A stretch of DNA of 64,000 nt, from positions 10,607-74,606 of the forward strand of contig CAYRBI010000003.1 of the NCBI GenBank assembly GCA_964422415.1, read 5' to 3'. A program made the position numbers and the translations under genes. This document shows, one piece after another, positions 17,651 through 26,992 of the stretch (the stretch's first letter is position 1; the number at the start of each line of letters is the position of its first letter). This stretch comes from an uncultured bacterium (GTDB lineage: Bacteria > Hinthialibacterota > Hinthialibacteria > OLB16). The notes under the pieces are model-generated. The model was given only the letters and a program-made list of their open reading frames with translations, was not told the origin of the DNA and made no database searches.

Positions 17651-17806
17651 CAGAGCTGGTGCTGCCCCCCATGAGCAACCAGACACCTAACGCTTTCCCC
17701 TTAATCGCTTTATTCTTCCATTGTGTCCCGTAAAGAGTACTTCCATTTCCGAGGCATCCCCCCTACTGGGGGCATATCAATACGAGAACGCCATGGGGAG
17801 GAATCC

Positions 17807-18460
17807 ATGAAACCGGCCCATTTTCACCACCGCCCCCCCAGGCGAGGATTCACCCTCATCGAATTGTTGATCGTTATTGCCATCATCCTGATCTTAGTCG
17901 CCATCGCTTTGCCCAACTTCATGGAGGCCCAGATAAGAGCCAAAATCGCCAAGGTCAAGGGTGACCTCCGGTCCGTGGGCATGGCCATGGACAGTTATCT
18001 CCTCGACTTCAAGATGTACCCCACCGATCATGATCCCGACGACAAGACACAACAGGGGCTTTTCCAGCTCTCCTCCCCTATCAAGTACATCAAGAACATT
18101 CCAGCGGATATCTTTAACAACAAAGGGTCTGGCATGACCCTCGACGAACCCTCCTTTGAAATGGCCTCCACGGGTTTCACCATTCTCGATGCGAAAAAAA
18201 AGCGTCCCAAGGTCAATGCTTTCGTGGTCTTCAGTCATGGGCCGGATAGGAAGGACGATTTCGAAGGGAACGATACCTGGCCCTATGGCCCCTCCCTTCC
18301 CTGCCCATATGTCATGTGCTACCTGAACTATAATCCCACCAATGGAACCTACTCAGTGGGGGATTTAAACCAGCCGGGAGGAGAATTCCGTTCGGGGAGT
18401 TATTGCATCGACCGCTGGCAACTTGTCCGCGGTTATATGCCCCCTAAAGCAATGCAGTAG
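17807..18460 (+). CDS. Prepilin-type N-terminal cleavage/methylation domain protein (type II secretion pseudopilin / type IV pilin-like)
   Basis: Start at ATG 17807 (GGGGAGG upstream). Classic leader and cleavage motif RRG|FTLIELLIVIAIILILVAIALPNF. Confidence 0.85.
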   Translation: MKPAHFHHRPPRRGFTLIELLIVIAIILILVAIALPNFMEAQIRAKIAKVKGDLRSVGMAMDSYLLDFKMYPTDHDPDDKTQQGLFQLSSPIKYIKNIPADIFNNKGSGMTLDEPSFEMASTGFTILDAKKKRPKVNAFVVFSHGPDRKDDFEGNDTWPYGPSLPCPYVMCYLNYNPTNGTYSVGDLNQPGGEFRSGSYCIDRWQLVRGYMPPKAMQ

Positions 18461-18472
18461 GGCCGCTTCACC

Positions 18473-19558
18473 TTGGCCCTATGGGAGTTGTACAATCGTT
18501 TGCCTGGCCAGAAGAGCTCACAACTGATGGGGGGAGCGCATTCTCCTGCCCTTTTCATCTGTTATCGGGAGGGATGTAATCTCGTGGGCCGTACATTTTC
18601 TTACCCCGCTGTACGTGCCGCCCTGGCGCTGGCGGGTGTTTTCATTGTGGGGTGCATCTTCAATGCGGATGGAGCCTTCCTCTCATGGGGAACCCACCGC
18701 GACATGCTACGTCAGGCCTCGGAGTTCGGAATACTGGCGTGCGGAATGACCGTGGTCATTCTAAGCGCGGGCATCGATCTCTCCGTCGGGAGCATATTGG
18801 GTCTGGTTGCCGTCTCTTTCAGCATCTTCTCCATTCACTGGGGCTGGTCGGCCCCAATCTCGATAGCGGCTGGCCTGGTGGTAGGGGCCATGTGTGGACT
18901 GGCCTCGGGCAGCTTGATCGCCTTCACGGGGATGCAGCCCTTCATCGCCACACTCGCCTTGATGACCTTCGCCAGAGGACTGGCCAAGCAGGTTTCAGGA
19001 GGGCAGAAGATCACCCAAGCTGTCCAGCACGCCGATGGATCTTTTGCCTTTGTGGACCTCCCCCCCATTTTCGGAACTATCGATAACCGTATCCTGGGGG
19101 GCAACATTGCGGTCATCACCCTGCTTTTCCTCCTGGTGGTCATCCTGGTGGGAATCGCACTGCGGTATTTACGGACCGGACGGTACTTTTATGCCGTGGG
19201 CGGTAATGAGCTGGCGGCACGTCTCTCAGGCGTACCCGTGGCCTGGACCAAATTGTTGGCTTACACGCTTTCGGGTCTGTGTGCGGGAATGGCTGGAATC
19301 TGTCATGCGGCACAGGAGCAACAAGGAGATCCCGAGGCCGGCGCCACCTATGAGCTCTCAGCCATTGCCATCGTGGTCATCGGCGGTACGAACCTCAATG
19401 GTGGCCGGGGAGGAATGCTCCTGACCCTGCTGGGAACACTTACCATCGGGTACATGGAGAAGATCCTCAGTATTAATAATATCGGTGAACCGGGACGTCT
19501 CATGCTGACAGGTTTTATCATCGTGGGCGCGGTACTACTGCAAAGAAATCCAAAGTAA
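18473..19558 (+). CDS. Sugar ABC transporter permease (RbsC/AraH-type, BPD_transp_2 family)
   Basis: Multi-TM protein with family block GILACGMTVVILSAGIDLSVGSILGL and C-terminal IVVIGGTNLNGGRGG. Start is uncertain (TTG 18473 or ATG 18527). No ATPase or binding protein is adjacent. Confidence 0.85.
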   Translation: MALWELYNRLPGQKSSQLMGGAHSPALFICYREGCNLVGRTFSYPAVRAALALAGVFIVGCIFNADGAFLSWGTHRDMLRQASEFGILACGMTVVILSAGIDLSVGSILGLVAVSFSIFSIHWGWSAPISIAAGLVVGAMCGLASGSLIAFTGMQPFIATLALMTFARGLAKQVSGGQKITQAVQHADGSFAFVDLPPIFGTIDNRILGGNIAVITLLFLLVVILVGIALRYLRTGRYFYAVGGNELAARLSGVPVAWTKLLAYTLSGLCAGMAGICHAAQEQQGDPEAGATYELSAIAIVVIGGTNLNGGRGGMLLTLLGTLTIGYMEKILSINNIGEPGRLMLTGFIIVGAVLLQRNPK

Positions 19559-19573
19559 GCGAGGTTTCCAGAG

Positions 19574-20758
19574 ATGAAACGACGGCAATTCCTGCTGAAC
19601 TCAGCCGCGGCATCCCTGGCGGCCGCTTCGCTCTCCACCTTGACCAAGGGGAGCCGCCCGGTTCATGCCGTTCCCGGTCCAGCCAAGGATGGCCGGAGGA
19701 TCACATATGCCGGCTGGCAGGCTGGCATCACCTACCAGGTTCCCGATCCCAAGGGTGTCACACGGGACTATCTCATGCGGCTGCTCGATGAGATGGCCAC
19801 CCACCGCATGAACCTGCTCAGCCTGATGATGATCAGTTATGGCATCTTCGATCCCGTCCATGATGGATATTGCTGGCCAGTACGCAACGAAAAGCTCAAG
19901 CATTATGTCGACACACCCGCGCTCAATGCGAATCCCTCCACGGAATATGTCAAGGAGGTGATCAAAGCGGCGGGCGACCGTGGCATCATGGTCAACCTGT
20001 TCATGAATTGCGGCATCTGGAACGCGGAGAAGATCCGCCAAGGCTATCCCGGGGCTCTGCAGCAACAGACACGCAAGGAAGCGGAAGAGAACCTTCCCGG
20101 TAGTTGGGTGCATTGCTTTGATTCCTCCGGCGGCTGGCAGGCGGCGCTGGATGAAGTAACGGATCTGCTGAGTTTTTACGACTCGCCCAATGTGACCAGT
20201 TATGGCCTGGAACGGCTCAGTTATACCAGCCCGGAATCTTGTTACTGCAAGGCGACCCAGGAACGTTTCCTGCGTGAAACCGGCCACCCCCTGCTCGAGG
20301 CCACACCGGATAGTTTCGAAGCCTGGAAGACCGGGAACATCACACGGTATCTGCGCGAGTATACCCAGCGCATCCGGCGGTTGCGTCCGAATCTGGAGGT
20401 CTGGCTGCACACGCAATGCGCACCCGGCTGGGGACATGACCCGAAACAACTCGCGGCGGCAGGCATCTCTGGGCTGTTACCGCATTACATCCAATTCAAG
20501 GAAAGTGAAGCCCAAAACCATCAGCGCTTGCAGCGCCTTGCGCCCAACCCATGTGTTCTCCATTTCTGCTCGCGCGACCAGGCGCCGAAAAACTATCCAA
20601 TCTGGATCAAGACACCCGAAATCATCAAAGAGGCCACCGATTGGGCCCTCCGCTACCCCGGCGATAACCTGAATGGCCTTTTGTTCTTCAACGAAACCGC
20701 CACCTCAGCCACAAACAGAAGGGCGGTCTATGAACAAATCAAACGCTTTTCATGGTAA
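19574..20758 (+). CDS. Tat-signal secreted protein of unknown function
   Basis: Twin-arginine leader MKRRQFLLNSAAASLAAASLSTL. The 394-aa body has no motif I can assign; it may be a TIM-barrel hydrolase-like protein. Preferred over the antisense shadow ORF 19601..20449. Confidence 0.65.
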   Translation: MKRRQFLLNSAAASLAAASLSTLTKGSRPVHAVPGPAKDGRRITYAGWQAGITYQVPDPKGVTRDYLMRLLDEMATHRMNLLSLMMISYGIFDPVHDGYCWPVRNEKLKHYVDTPALNANPSTEYVKEVIKAAGDRGIMVNLFMNCGIWNAEKIRQGYPGALQQQTRKEAEENLPGSWVHCFDSSGGWQAALDEVTDLLSFYDSPNVTSYGLERLSYTSPESCYCKATQERFLRETGHPLLEATPDSFEAWKTGNITRYLREYTQRIRRLRPNLEVWLHTQCAPGWGHDPKQLAAAGISGLLPHYIQFKESEAQNHQRLQRLAPNPCVLHFCSRDQAPKNYPIWIKTPEIIKEATDWALRYPGDNLNGLLFFNETATSATNRRAVYEQIKRFSW

Positions 20759-20803
20759 GTGGCCAGACCACCGGAGCACCACCACATAAAACACCATTAA
20801 ATT

Positions 20804-21760
20804 CTATTTTCGAGGCCGTCCATGGGTGGAACCGGTCTTGTGTGCCTTTCCCCGGATTCCTATTCCTGGCTTGGCTGAAGGCGCACTCCTCTCTGGACGT
20901 GCATTCCCCGTTGAACGCACCTTACCCACTGAGCGCGGGGTGGATGGCCTGCGTTTGGGAGGGTGGACTACCGCGGAGTTCACTCTTCCATTCGGATCTT
21001 TTTTCTTGCCTTTGGATCTCATCCGGATCAAGGCTTGGTCTTCCTCAAGGGTGGTCTCCCTCCAGGCTCCCGGTGCCAGAGAACCCAGGACAAAGGGGCC
21101 ATAGGAAATCCGCCGGAGATCCAACACCTCCAATCCCACCGCCGCGCACATCCGGCGCACCTCGCGGTTGCGTCCCTCCTGAAGTGTGATGAGAAAGCGT
21201 GAGATGCCACCCGAGAAACGCAGCATCTCCACACGCGCGGCCCGTCCCATGCCATCCTCCAGTTGCACTCCCTCGAGCAGGGCCTTGGTCCGCGAGGACT
21301 CCAGTTCTCCCTTCGCCTTGACCTGGTAAACACGTTCGATCCCGCCAGAAGGGTGCTCAAACAGACGGTGGAGCAAACCATCATTGGTCAGAATCATGAG
21401 TCCCGAGGAGTCAAAATCGAGCCGCCCAACCGTCTGCAAGGAGGTGTTCGCCACCTTCTTGGGAAGCAGATCGAACAGGGTCTTGCGTCCCTCCGGGTCG
21501 GAGCGCGAGCAGATCACCCCCTTGGGCTTGTGGACAATCAACGTGAGTGCATCCTCAAAGTGGAGTACATGCCCTTTGAGCCGGACGACATCATGGTGGG
21601 GATCGACATGGAGGCTGGGGTGATCCGCAACTTCACCATTGACAGTCACCAGCCGGGCGAGGATGAACTCCTCGGCCTTGCGGCGGCTGGCGGCCCCACA
21701 ACGTGCCAGGAACTGATTGAGGCGGTAGACCACAGGTTTCCTCTCTCTCATGGCCGCCAC
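20804..21760 (-). CDS. rluB: 23S rRNA pseudouridine synthase, RsuA/RluB family
   Basis: S4 domain (YRLNQFLARCGAASRRKAEEFI), catalytic GRLDFDSSGLMILTNDG, YQVKAKG, and a basic C-terminal tail. Confidence 0.9.
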   Translation of the reverse strand: MAAMRERKPVVYRLNQFLARCGAASRRKAEEFILARLVTVNGEVADHPSLHVDPHHDVVRLKGHVLHFEDALTLIVHKPKGVICSRSDPEGRKTLFDLLPKKVANTSLQTVGRLDFDSSGLMILTNDGLLHRLFEHPSGGIERVYQVKAKGELESSRTKALLEGVQLEDGMGRAARVEMLRFSGGISRFLITLQEGRNREVRRMCAAVGLEVLDLRRISYGPFVLGSLAPGAWRETTLEEDQALIRMRSKGKKKDPNGRVNSAVVHPPKRRPSTPRSVGKVRSTGNARPERSAPSAKPGIGIRGKAHKTGSTHGRPRK

Positions 21761-24192
21761 TCATTCTCCGCCTTTTCGGTATCCAGCATTAAGCGTTCTC
21801 CATTCCATGCCATTTGAATGGCGCCATCGTAGCGGTTTGTCAGAATGGTGGTACCCACATCCTCAAACCGCTGGAGGGTCTCCAGGGCGGGATGTCCGAA
21901 GAGATTGTCTCCACACTGGATCACCGCAATGGCGGGGTGGATCTTCCGGAGAAATCCGGGACCGGAAGAGAAGCGGCTGCCATGATGGGCTACCTTGAGA
22001 ATATCGCAACTTAGGTTGGGGTACTCCTCAATGATCTCCCTCTCCACATCACCACAGATATCGCCGGGTAGGAGGACCTTTAAACCCGCCTGCTCCACCA
22101 AGAGCACCAGAGAGCGTTCGTTATGGGTTCCAAAGGGGTGCTGGATCTGTTCCATGCCTGGATACAGAACAGTCACAGTGGCATCGCTGATCCCTCCAAT
22201 CCGGTCCCCCGCCAACACCCGTCCGGTGGGTAACTGGCAAGACTTGAGACACCGCGCAAGGTCTTGGAAGGAAGGGCTCTCATTCGTATCTCCCGAGGCC
22301 AGAAGTGTTCCGATAGAGAAGGTATTCAAGACCTGCGGCAGTCCCCCGGCATGATCCGCCTCGGGATGGGTGAGCACGACCGCATCGAGATGACGGATAC
22401 CAAGCGAGAGAAGCGAATCTGTTAACGCACCCAGCTGGTTGGGTAAACCTTGTGTGGGAGGCCCAGTATCGACCAACAGTGTCTCGCCGCGTGGGAACTG
22501 GAGCAGGCAAGCATCCCCCTGGCCCACATCGAGAAAGTGGAGGCGGAATTCCTTGGACTCCGGAAGCAATGGCCACCAAGACAAACAGGCCAGCAGAAAG
22601 AGAGCGGTCACCCTCCGGCTGAGAAGCGGTGGATGAAACCATCCGGTGGGAAGAATCAATACGAGTCCCACCGACAATAATAGGGCAATGGTTACAAGAT
22701 CAGGAGACAAGACCACCTCGAAACCGAAGGACCAGGAGGAGACCCATGTCATTACATCCAAAAGAAGGCGTGACAGGAAATCCAGGGGAACACTCAAGAG
22801 TCCACTCAAACCAGGAAGAAAGGCCAACCCAAAGGCCGACAAAACTCCAAGGACTGTAATCACCTCGGCCACTGGAATCGCCACCAGGTTGGCGAAAACC
22901 GCTTTCCAGGCCACGGTATGAAAGAACCAGGCACTGATGGGCGCGACTGCGATCGTGGCCACCAGACTTACCCACAGTCCTTCACCTAACCGGGATACCG
23001 CACTCACCAGGGAATGTACAAACACACCAGGTTTGATCCATCTCTGGAGGAGAAGCTCGATCTGGAAGGAACGCACACAGTCTGGAAAGCCAGCCAGGAT
23101 CAATGCAGCAACAGTCACGAAGGAGAGCAGGAATCCGGGTTGATGTACCTCGGAGGGAAAGACCACCAGAATGATCAAGCCAGCTGCAGCCAGGAAGTTG
23201 AGGACATCGCCTGGACGGTCTAGGAAGAGCGCGAGCATGAACATGACCCCCATGAGAGTAGCGCGCAACACCGAGACCTGCGCCCCCACTAAGGCCAACA
23301 ACAGGAAAGCCAGCGGAATACCCAACAAGGCCCGCCAGCGCCGTGGTACACACAACAGATTCAGGAAAAGCGGGAGGGTGAACAACACAATAGTCACATT
23401 CAATCCGGAAACAGCGGTCAGATGGTAGAGGCCGGACTCCAACAAGTTGCGGCGGACATCTTCATCCAAATATCCCCGTTCTCCAGTGGTCATCGCCAGT
23501 GCAAGTCCGCCTGGTTGGCCGGGAAGCTGAGAGAGCATCCAGTCACGCACCTTGCCACGCCAGTAATCGCGGGCACGGATCAGCCTGGCCAGAAATGGAA
23601 GGCACTCAGGTTCATCCAGGCGGGTAGGGCCGCCCTTTGCCCTGAAAGTCCCCACCATGCCAGAGGACTGCATCCATCCATGGAGCGCACTCTGTCCCGG
23701 TGAGGAAAGTCCCGCGGATCGCCAGCGTCCTGTCACCTCCACCTGCTGCCCGGCTTCGCCAGCGGGTTGGGAGTGCGTAATGGAAACCACCTCGACTGGC
23801 CCAGACAGAGCCCCCCACTTTTTGCCATCCCACAGGCTGGGTTTTGTCACGCGAGCGCTCCAACGTCCCTCATCGGCCCGCTGGAACTGGGAGGCGAGAA
23901 CACCACGGACATAGGCGGGATCAGTGGCAGTCAGAGAAGCGCTTCGGTCCACTCTTCGCTGATAGGCCTGTTCGGCCAGAGTGTTGCGTAGGAACCCCAG
24001 CACAATCATCGACAACGCGAGGAGACGCAGGAGGTCTTGTTTGCCAGAGCACCGGCCTGATAAAACCGCGCCGAAGAGGACTGTTACAGATACCACAGCC
24101 ACGAGAAGAAGGGATTCCGGACCATGCAGCAGGTCAGCCAGGAGAAGACCGGCCACCCAGGCAAGGAACAGAACCAGCAGCGGCCTTCTCAT
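21748..24192 (-). CDS. comEC: DNA internalization-related competence protein ComEC/Rec2 with metallo-beta-lactamase domain
   Basis: 814 aa. Multi-TM competence domain, then MBL motifs LHFLDVGQGDACLLQFPRGETLLVDTG, VVLTHPEADHAGG and LKVAHHGS. Overlaps rluB by 13 nt. Confidence 0.9.
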   Translation of the reverse strand: MRRPLLVLFLAWVAGLLLADLLHGPESLLLVAVVSVTVLFGAVLSGRCSGKQDLLRLLALSMIVLGFLRNTLAEQAYQRRVDRSASLTATDPAYVRGVLASQFQRADEGRWSARVTKPSLWDGKKWGALSGPVEVVSITHSQPAGEAGQQVEVTGRWRSAGLSSPGQSALHGWMQSSGMVGTFRAKGGPTRLDEPECLPFLARLIRARDYWRGKVRDWMLSQLPGQPGGLALAMTTGERGYLDEDVRRNLLESGLYHLTAVSGLNVTIVLFTLPLFLNLLCVPRRWRALLGIPLAFLLLALVGAQVSVLRATLMGVMFMLALFLDRPGDVLNFLAAAGLIILVVFPSEVHQPGFLLSFVTVAALILAGFPDCVRSFQIELLLQRWIKPGVFVHSLVSAVSRLGEGLWVSLVATIAVAPISAWFFHTVAWKAVFANLVAIPVAEVITVLGVLSAFGLAFLPGLSGLLSVPLDFLSRLLLDVMTWVSSWSFGFEVVLSPDLVTIALLLSVGLVLILPTGWFHPPLLSRRVTALFLLACLSWWPLLPESKEFRLHFLDVGQGDACLLQFPRGETLLVDTGPPTQGLPNQLGALTDSLLSLGIRHLDAVVLTHPEADHAGGLPQVLNTFSIGTLLASGDTNESPSFQDLARCLKSCQLPTGRVLAGDRIGGISDATVTVLYPGMEQIQHPFGTHNERSLVLLVEQAGLKVLLPGDICGDVEREIIEEYPNLSCDILKVAHHGSRFSSGPGFLRKIHPAIAVIQCGDNLFGHPALETLQRFEDVGTTILTNRYDGAIQMAWNGERLMLDTEKAENEWRP

Positions 24193-26213
24193 CCACGTGC
24201 CTGCGTGGCCTGAGCCTTTCTCGCTTCTTCATAACGCGGCTCAAACTGTTCGAGGTACTCGCCCTGTGCCTTGGCGCGCGCCGCCTCGGTGGTCCGTCCC
24301 AGATCATAGAGCAGACGGCTCCGATGGAGGTGGTAGTTGTATTTGACGGGATGCAATGCGATGGCCTGATCGATCTCTTGAAGCGCCTCCTCGCGTCTAT
24401 CCATGCGCGCAAGCACCTCGGCCAGGCTATCATGAAGAAAGCCCGCTGTGGGATTCCAATAGAGCGCGGTGCGCATGCTCCGCTCCGCATCAGGCAAGTT
24501 CCCTATATCCAACAACATCTCACCCAGATAGGAGTGGGCCTCGGCCAGTGGCGGCCAGACCAAAACCGCGCGTTCCAACAAGCGGCCAGTCCGGGGGACA
24601 TCCCGCTGCCTCTCAAAACTATCCGCCGCCTTCTCATAAAGGGCCTGCCCGGCCTCACGAAAAGCACAGGGAATCCCCACTGCTAGAAGGACAATGACGA
24701 CAAGACACGGACGGAGGTGCGAATTGTATGTATCTCCAGGCTGTAATTCTGTTGTTCGCCGGGGGTAAGGTAACGGCAGCTCATCATTCATACAATCTTT
24801 AATGCCGCCACCCCCGGTCCCTGGTGTTGGAGGTTCTTTCTTCATCATCCACCGGGGGCGGTGGCATTGCATCGTAAGCAGACGATTGAAAAACGTTGCC
24901 TTGCCCCCGGCTAACAACAGATTACGGAATGTACCATTGGAACGAGAAAGGATTCTCGTTCCAGCGATGCCGCAGCTGTCCGGCTCCCCCCCCATCCCCG
25001 CGATCACCCCCACAAAACCGGCCAGGTAGAGCATATCCTGATGAAATCCCAGCAATGTTGAAATGAAGAAACAGACCAGAGCGCTGGAGCACCAGACATC
25101 CAAGAGGGTACTCCCACGGAGTGGCAAATTCATTCGCCATACGCGGCGAAAGAACTGAAAAAGCACGATCAACAACAGTACCAATCCCACCGCCCCCATA
25201 TCCGCCATCGTCTCAATCAACAGATTGTGAGCATAGACGGTCTGATGAGTGGTGAGATCACGGAATCTGGGATAATTCGAGCCATACCCTCCGATACCGA
25301 AACCGAGGAGGGGGTTCTCGCGCGCCATACGCAGCCCTGCCTCCCAAAAGACCAGCCGTGCATGAACCGTCTCGGTCCTTGAGAGCATCTCGCGCCCGGT
25401 AGGAGACAGACACAGAACTGTAGCCCCCAGGAAGATGGCGAGGATGACTGCCCAGACCATTCGCATGCCACCTTTCCCCTTCCAAGCCAGCCAGACACAG
25501 ATACCCGCAAACAAGCCCACCAGCGAGGTTCGTGAACGGGTTCCCAATAGGATGTAGACCTGCTCGCACGCCGAAACCAGGCTACCCATGATAAAAACCC
25601 GGGCAGATCGAGAACGCCAGGCCCTCTCCAATAAGACCGGCGTGGCCAACAGGCTCAGACTCAGAAACACCCCCAGGTCGATGGGATTGCCAAAAGGGAA
25701 ATGAAAGCGGTTCTGCGAAGCTGCATGGAGGATGGCTTGCTTGTAGCCCTCATCGTACATCTCCCCCTGAAGGCTTTCCTCCATGACCTCCACCGGGACA
25801 GTCCAGATCGGGTTCACGACCGCGATTGCCGTGGCCAGCCCCCACAGGAGCAAGCAGAAAGCCCAAGGAAAACTGGGCACATGGCGGCACAACTCATGGG
25901 TGATCAGACCGAGTATCAAGGCACATCCCCAGGCCATAAGCAGACCGAAACTCCGGTCCCATTCCGGGGTACGGAGAACCTGAAAAAGAATCCAGGCCCC
26001 GAGCGCCAAGGGTGGCCAGGAGATCCGCCAGTTCACCGCAGCCACCGGGAGCACCCACAATCCCAGTACAAGGGTAGCGGTAAAGAACAGAAACCTTCCC
26101 CAGAAGAACCAGGCTCCCATGATCTCAATGAAGGGGAGGACACAGATAAGGACGAGCAGGAACGAAGCCTGGATCCAACGCTGAAAGGGAGTGCCAAGAG
26201 ATCCGATGGGCAT
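24189..26213 (-). CDS. O-antigen ligase-like (Wzy_C) polytopic membrane protein fused to C-terminal TPR domain
   Basis: About 12 TM segments with a Wzy_C-like loop (LLGTRSRTSLVGLFAGI...HNLLIETMADMG). C-terminal TPR repeats (ALYWNPTAGFLHDSLAEVLARMDRREEALQEIDQAIALHP). 4-nt overlap with comEC. Confidence 0.7.
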   Translation of the reverse strand: MPIGSLGTPFQRWIQASFLLVLICVLPFIEIMGAWFFWGRFLFFTATLVLGLWVLPVAAVNWRISWPPLALGAWILFQVLRTPEWDRSFGLLMAWGCALILGLITHELCRHVPSFPWAFCLLLWGLATAIAVVNPIWTVPVEVMEESLQGEMYDEGYKQAILHAASQNRFHFPFGNPIDLGVFLSLSLLATPVLLERAWRSRSARVFIMGSLVSACEQVYILLGTRSRTSLVGLFAGICVWLAWKGKGGMRMVWAVILAIFLGATVLCLSPTGREMLSRTETVHARLVFWEAGLRMARENPLLGFGIGGYGSNYPRFRDLTTHQTVYAHNLLIETMADMGAVGLVLLLIVLFQFFRRVWRMNLPLRGSTLLDVWCSSALVCFFISTLLGFHQDMLYLAGFVGVIAGMGGEPDSCGIAGTRILSRSNGTFRNLLLAGGKATFFNRLLTMQCHRPRWMMKKEPPTPGTGGGGIKDCMNDELPLPYPRRTTELQPGDTYNSHLRPCLVVIVLLAVGIPCAFREAGQALYEKAADSFERQRDVPRTGRLLERAVLVWPPLAEAHSYLGEMLLDIGNLPDAERSMRTALYWNPTAGFLHDSLAEVLARMDRREEALQEIDQAIALHPVKYNYHLHRSRLLYDLGRTTEAARAKAQGEYLEQFEPRYEEARKAQATQARG

Positions 26214-26226
26214 GGAGGAGATGGTT

Positions 26227-26961
26227 CTACCAGTCCTCTTTGAGATTTTTGACAGTCACCGCATCGGCGGATTCATAGGGTTCCAACCACTGGCCCGCCA
26301 CTTGATACCAGAGAGCCACCCCGAGAGGTCCCTCGGCGAAGGCCGTGGAGTCTTCATCGGTGATCTGCAGGGGAAAAGTTACGGGCTCTTCATCGACTTG
26401 AGCCCAGATCTTGGCGCGGACCTTGACCGGCGCCTGTCCATAAATCTGGATCCAGACCTTGTTGAACTGGTCCGCTTTCACCGCAACCGGACCACTCTGA
26501 AGGGCCGATGACCGCCAACGGCCCTCGCCGGAATGTTTCTCCAGCCAAGCCTTTCCCCCCTCGATCCGGAGCCGGTATCCCGAGTAGGTTTCCTCACCGG
26601 TACCAGCACGGACCACCACACAGACACCGGTACGGTGCAACGGCCAGCGCAGCATCTCGATCCGGAACTCATAGTCCTCGGACCGGAGCGGACCGGAGGC
26701 GATACCCGCCGAGGCCTCGTAATCAAACGTGTTCTTCCAGGTGACAGTACCGGGATGATTGAAGAGATCAAGTGGGTGCTCACCCGTCCAATGCTTCCAT
26801 TTATCCAGATTTCCACAACAGAAGGCATCATGAAAAAGTAAATCAGGAGAAGGCTTGCCTTTCGCGGGCGCCTCACACACAGCGGGAGAAAGCAGTGACA
26901 GACACAAGAACAGGAACGACAGACAGTGTTTTCTTAGCATAGAAATCCGTTTAAGTGACAC
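26227..26961 (-). CDS. Secreted beta-sandwich protein of unknown function (LamG/DUF1080-like?)
   Basis: Signal peptide (CLSFLFLCLSLLSPAVCEA). Beta-rich body. The domain assignment is only an impression. Confidence 0.5.
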   Translation of the reverse strand: MSLKRISMLRKHCLSFLFLCLSLLSPAVCEAPAKGKPSPDLLFHDAFCCGNLDKWKHWTGEHPLDLFNHPGTVTWKNTFDYEASAGIASGPLRSEDYEFRIEMLRWPLHRTGVCVVVRAGTGEETYSGYRLRIEGGKAWLEKHSGEGRWRSSALQSGPVAVKADQFNKVWIQIYGQAPVKVRAKIWAQVDEEPVTFPLQITDEDSTAFAEGPLGVALWYQVAGQWLEPYESADAVTVKNLKEDW

Positions 26962-26992
26962 GGATTCATGTTAGGACCAAAGCCAGCACCTG

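Noticed and set aside
19601-20449. 282-aa minus-strand ORF.
   Set aside because: It is antisense to the Tat-signal protein gene (19574..20758), which has a convincing twin-arginine leader and tight spacing with its neighbours.
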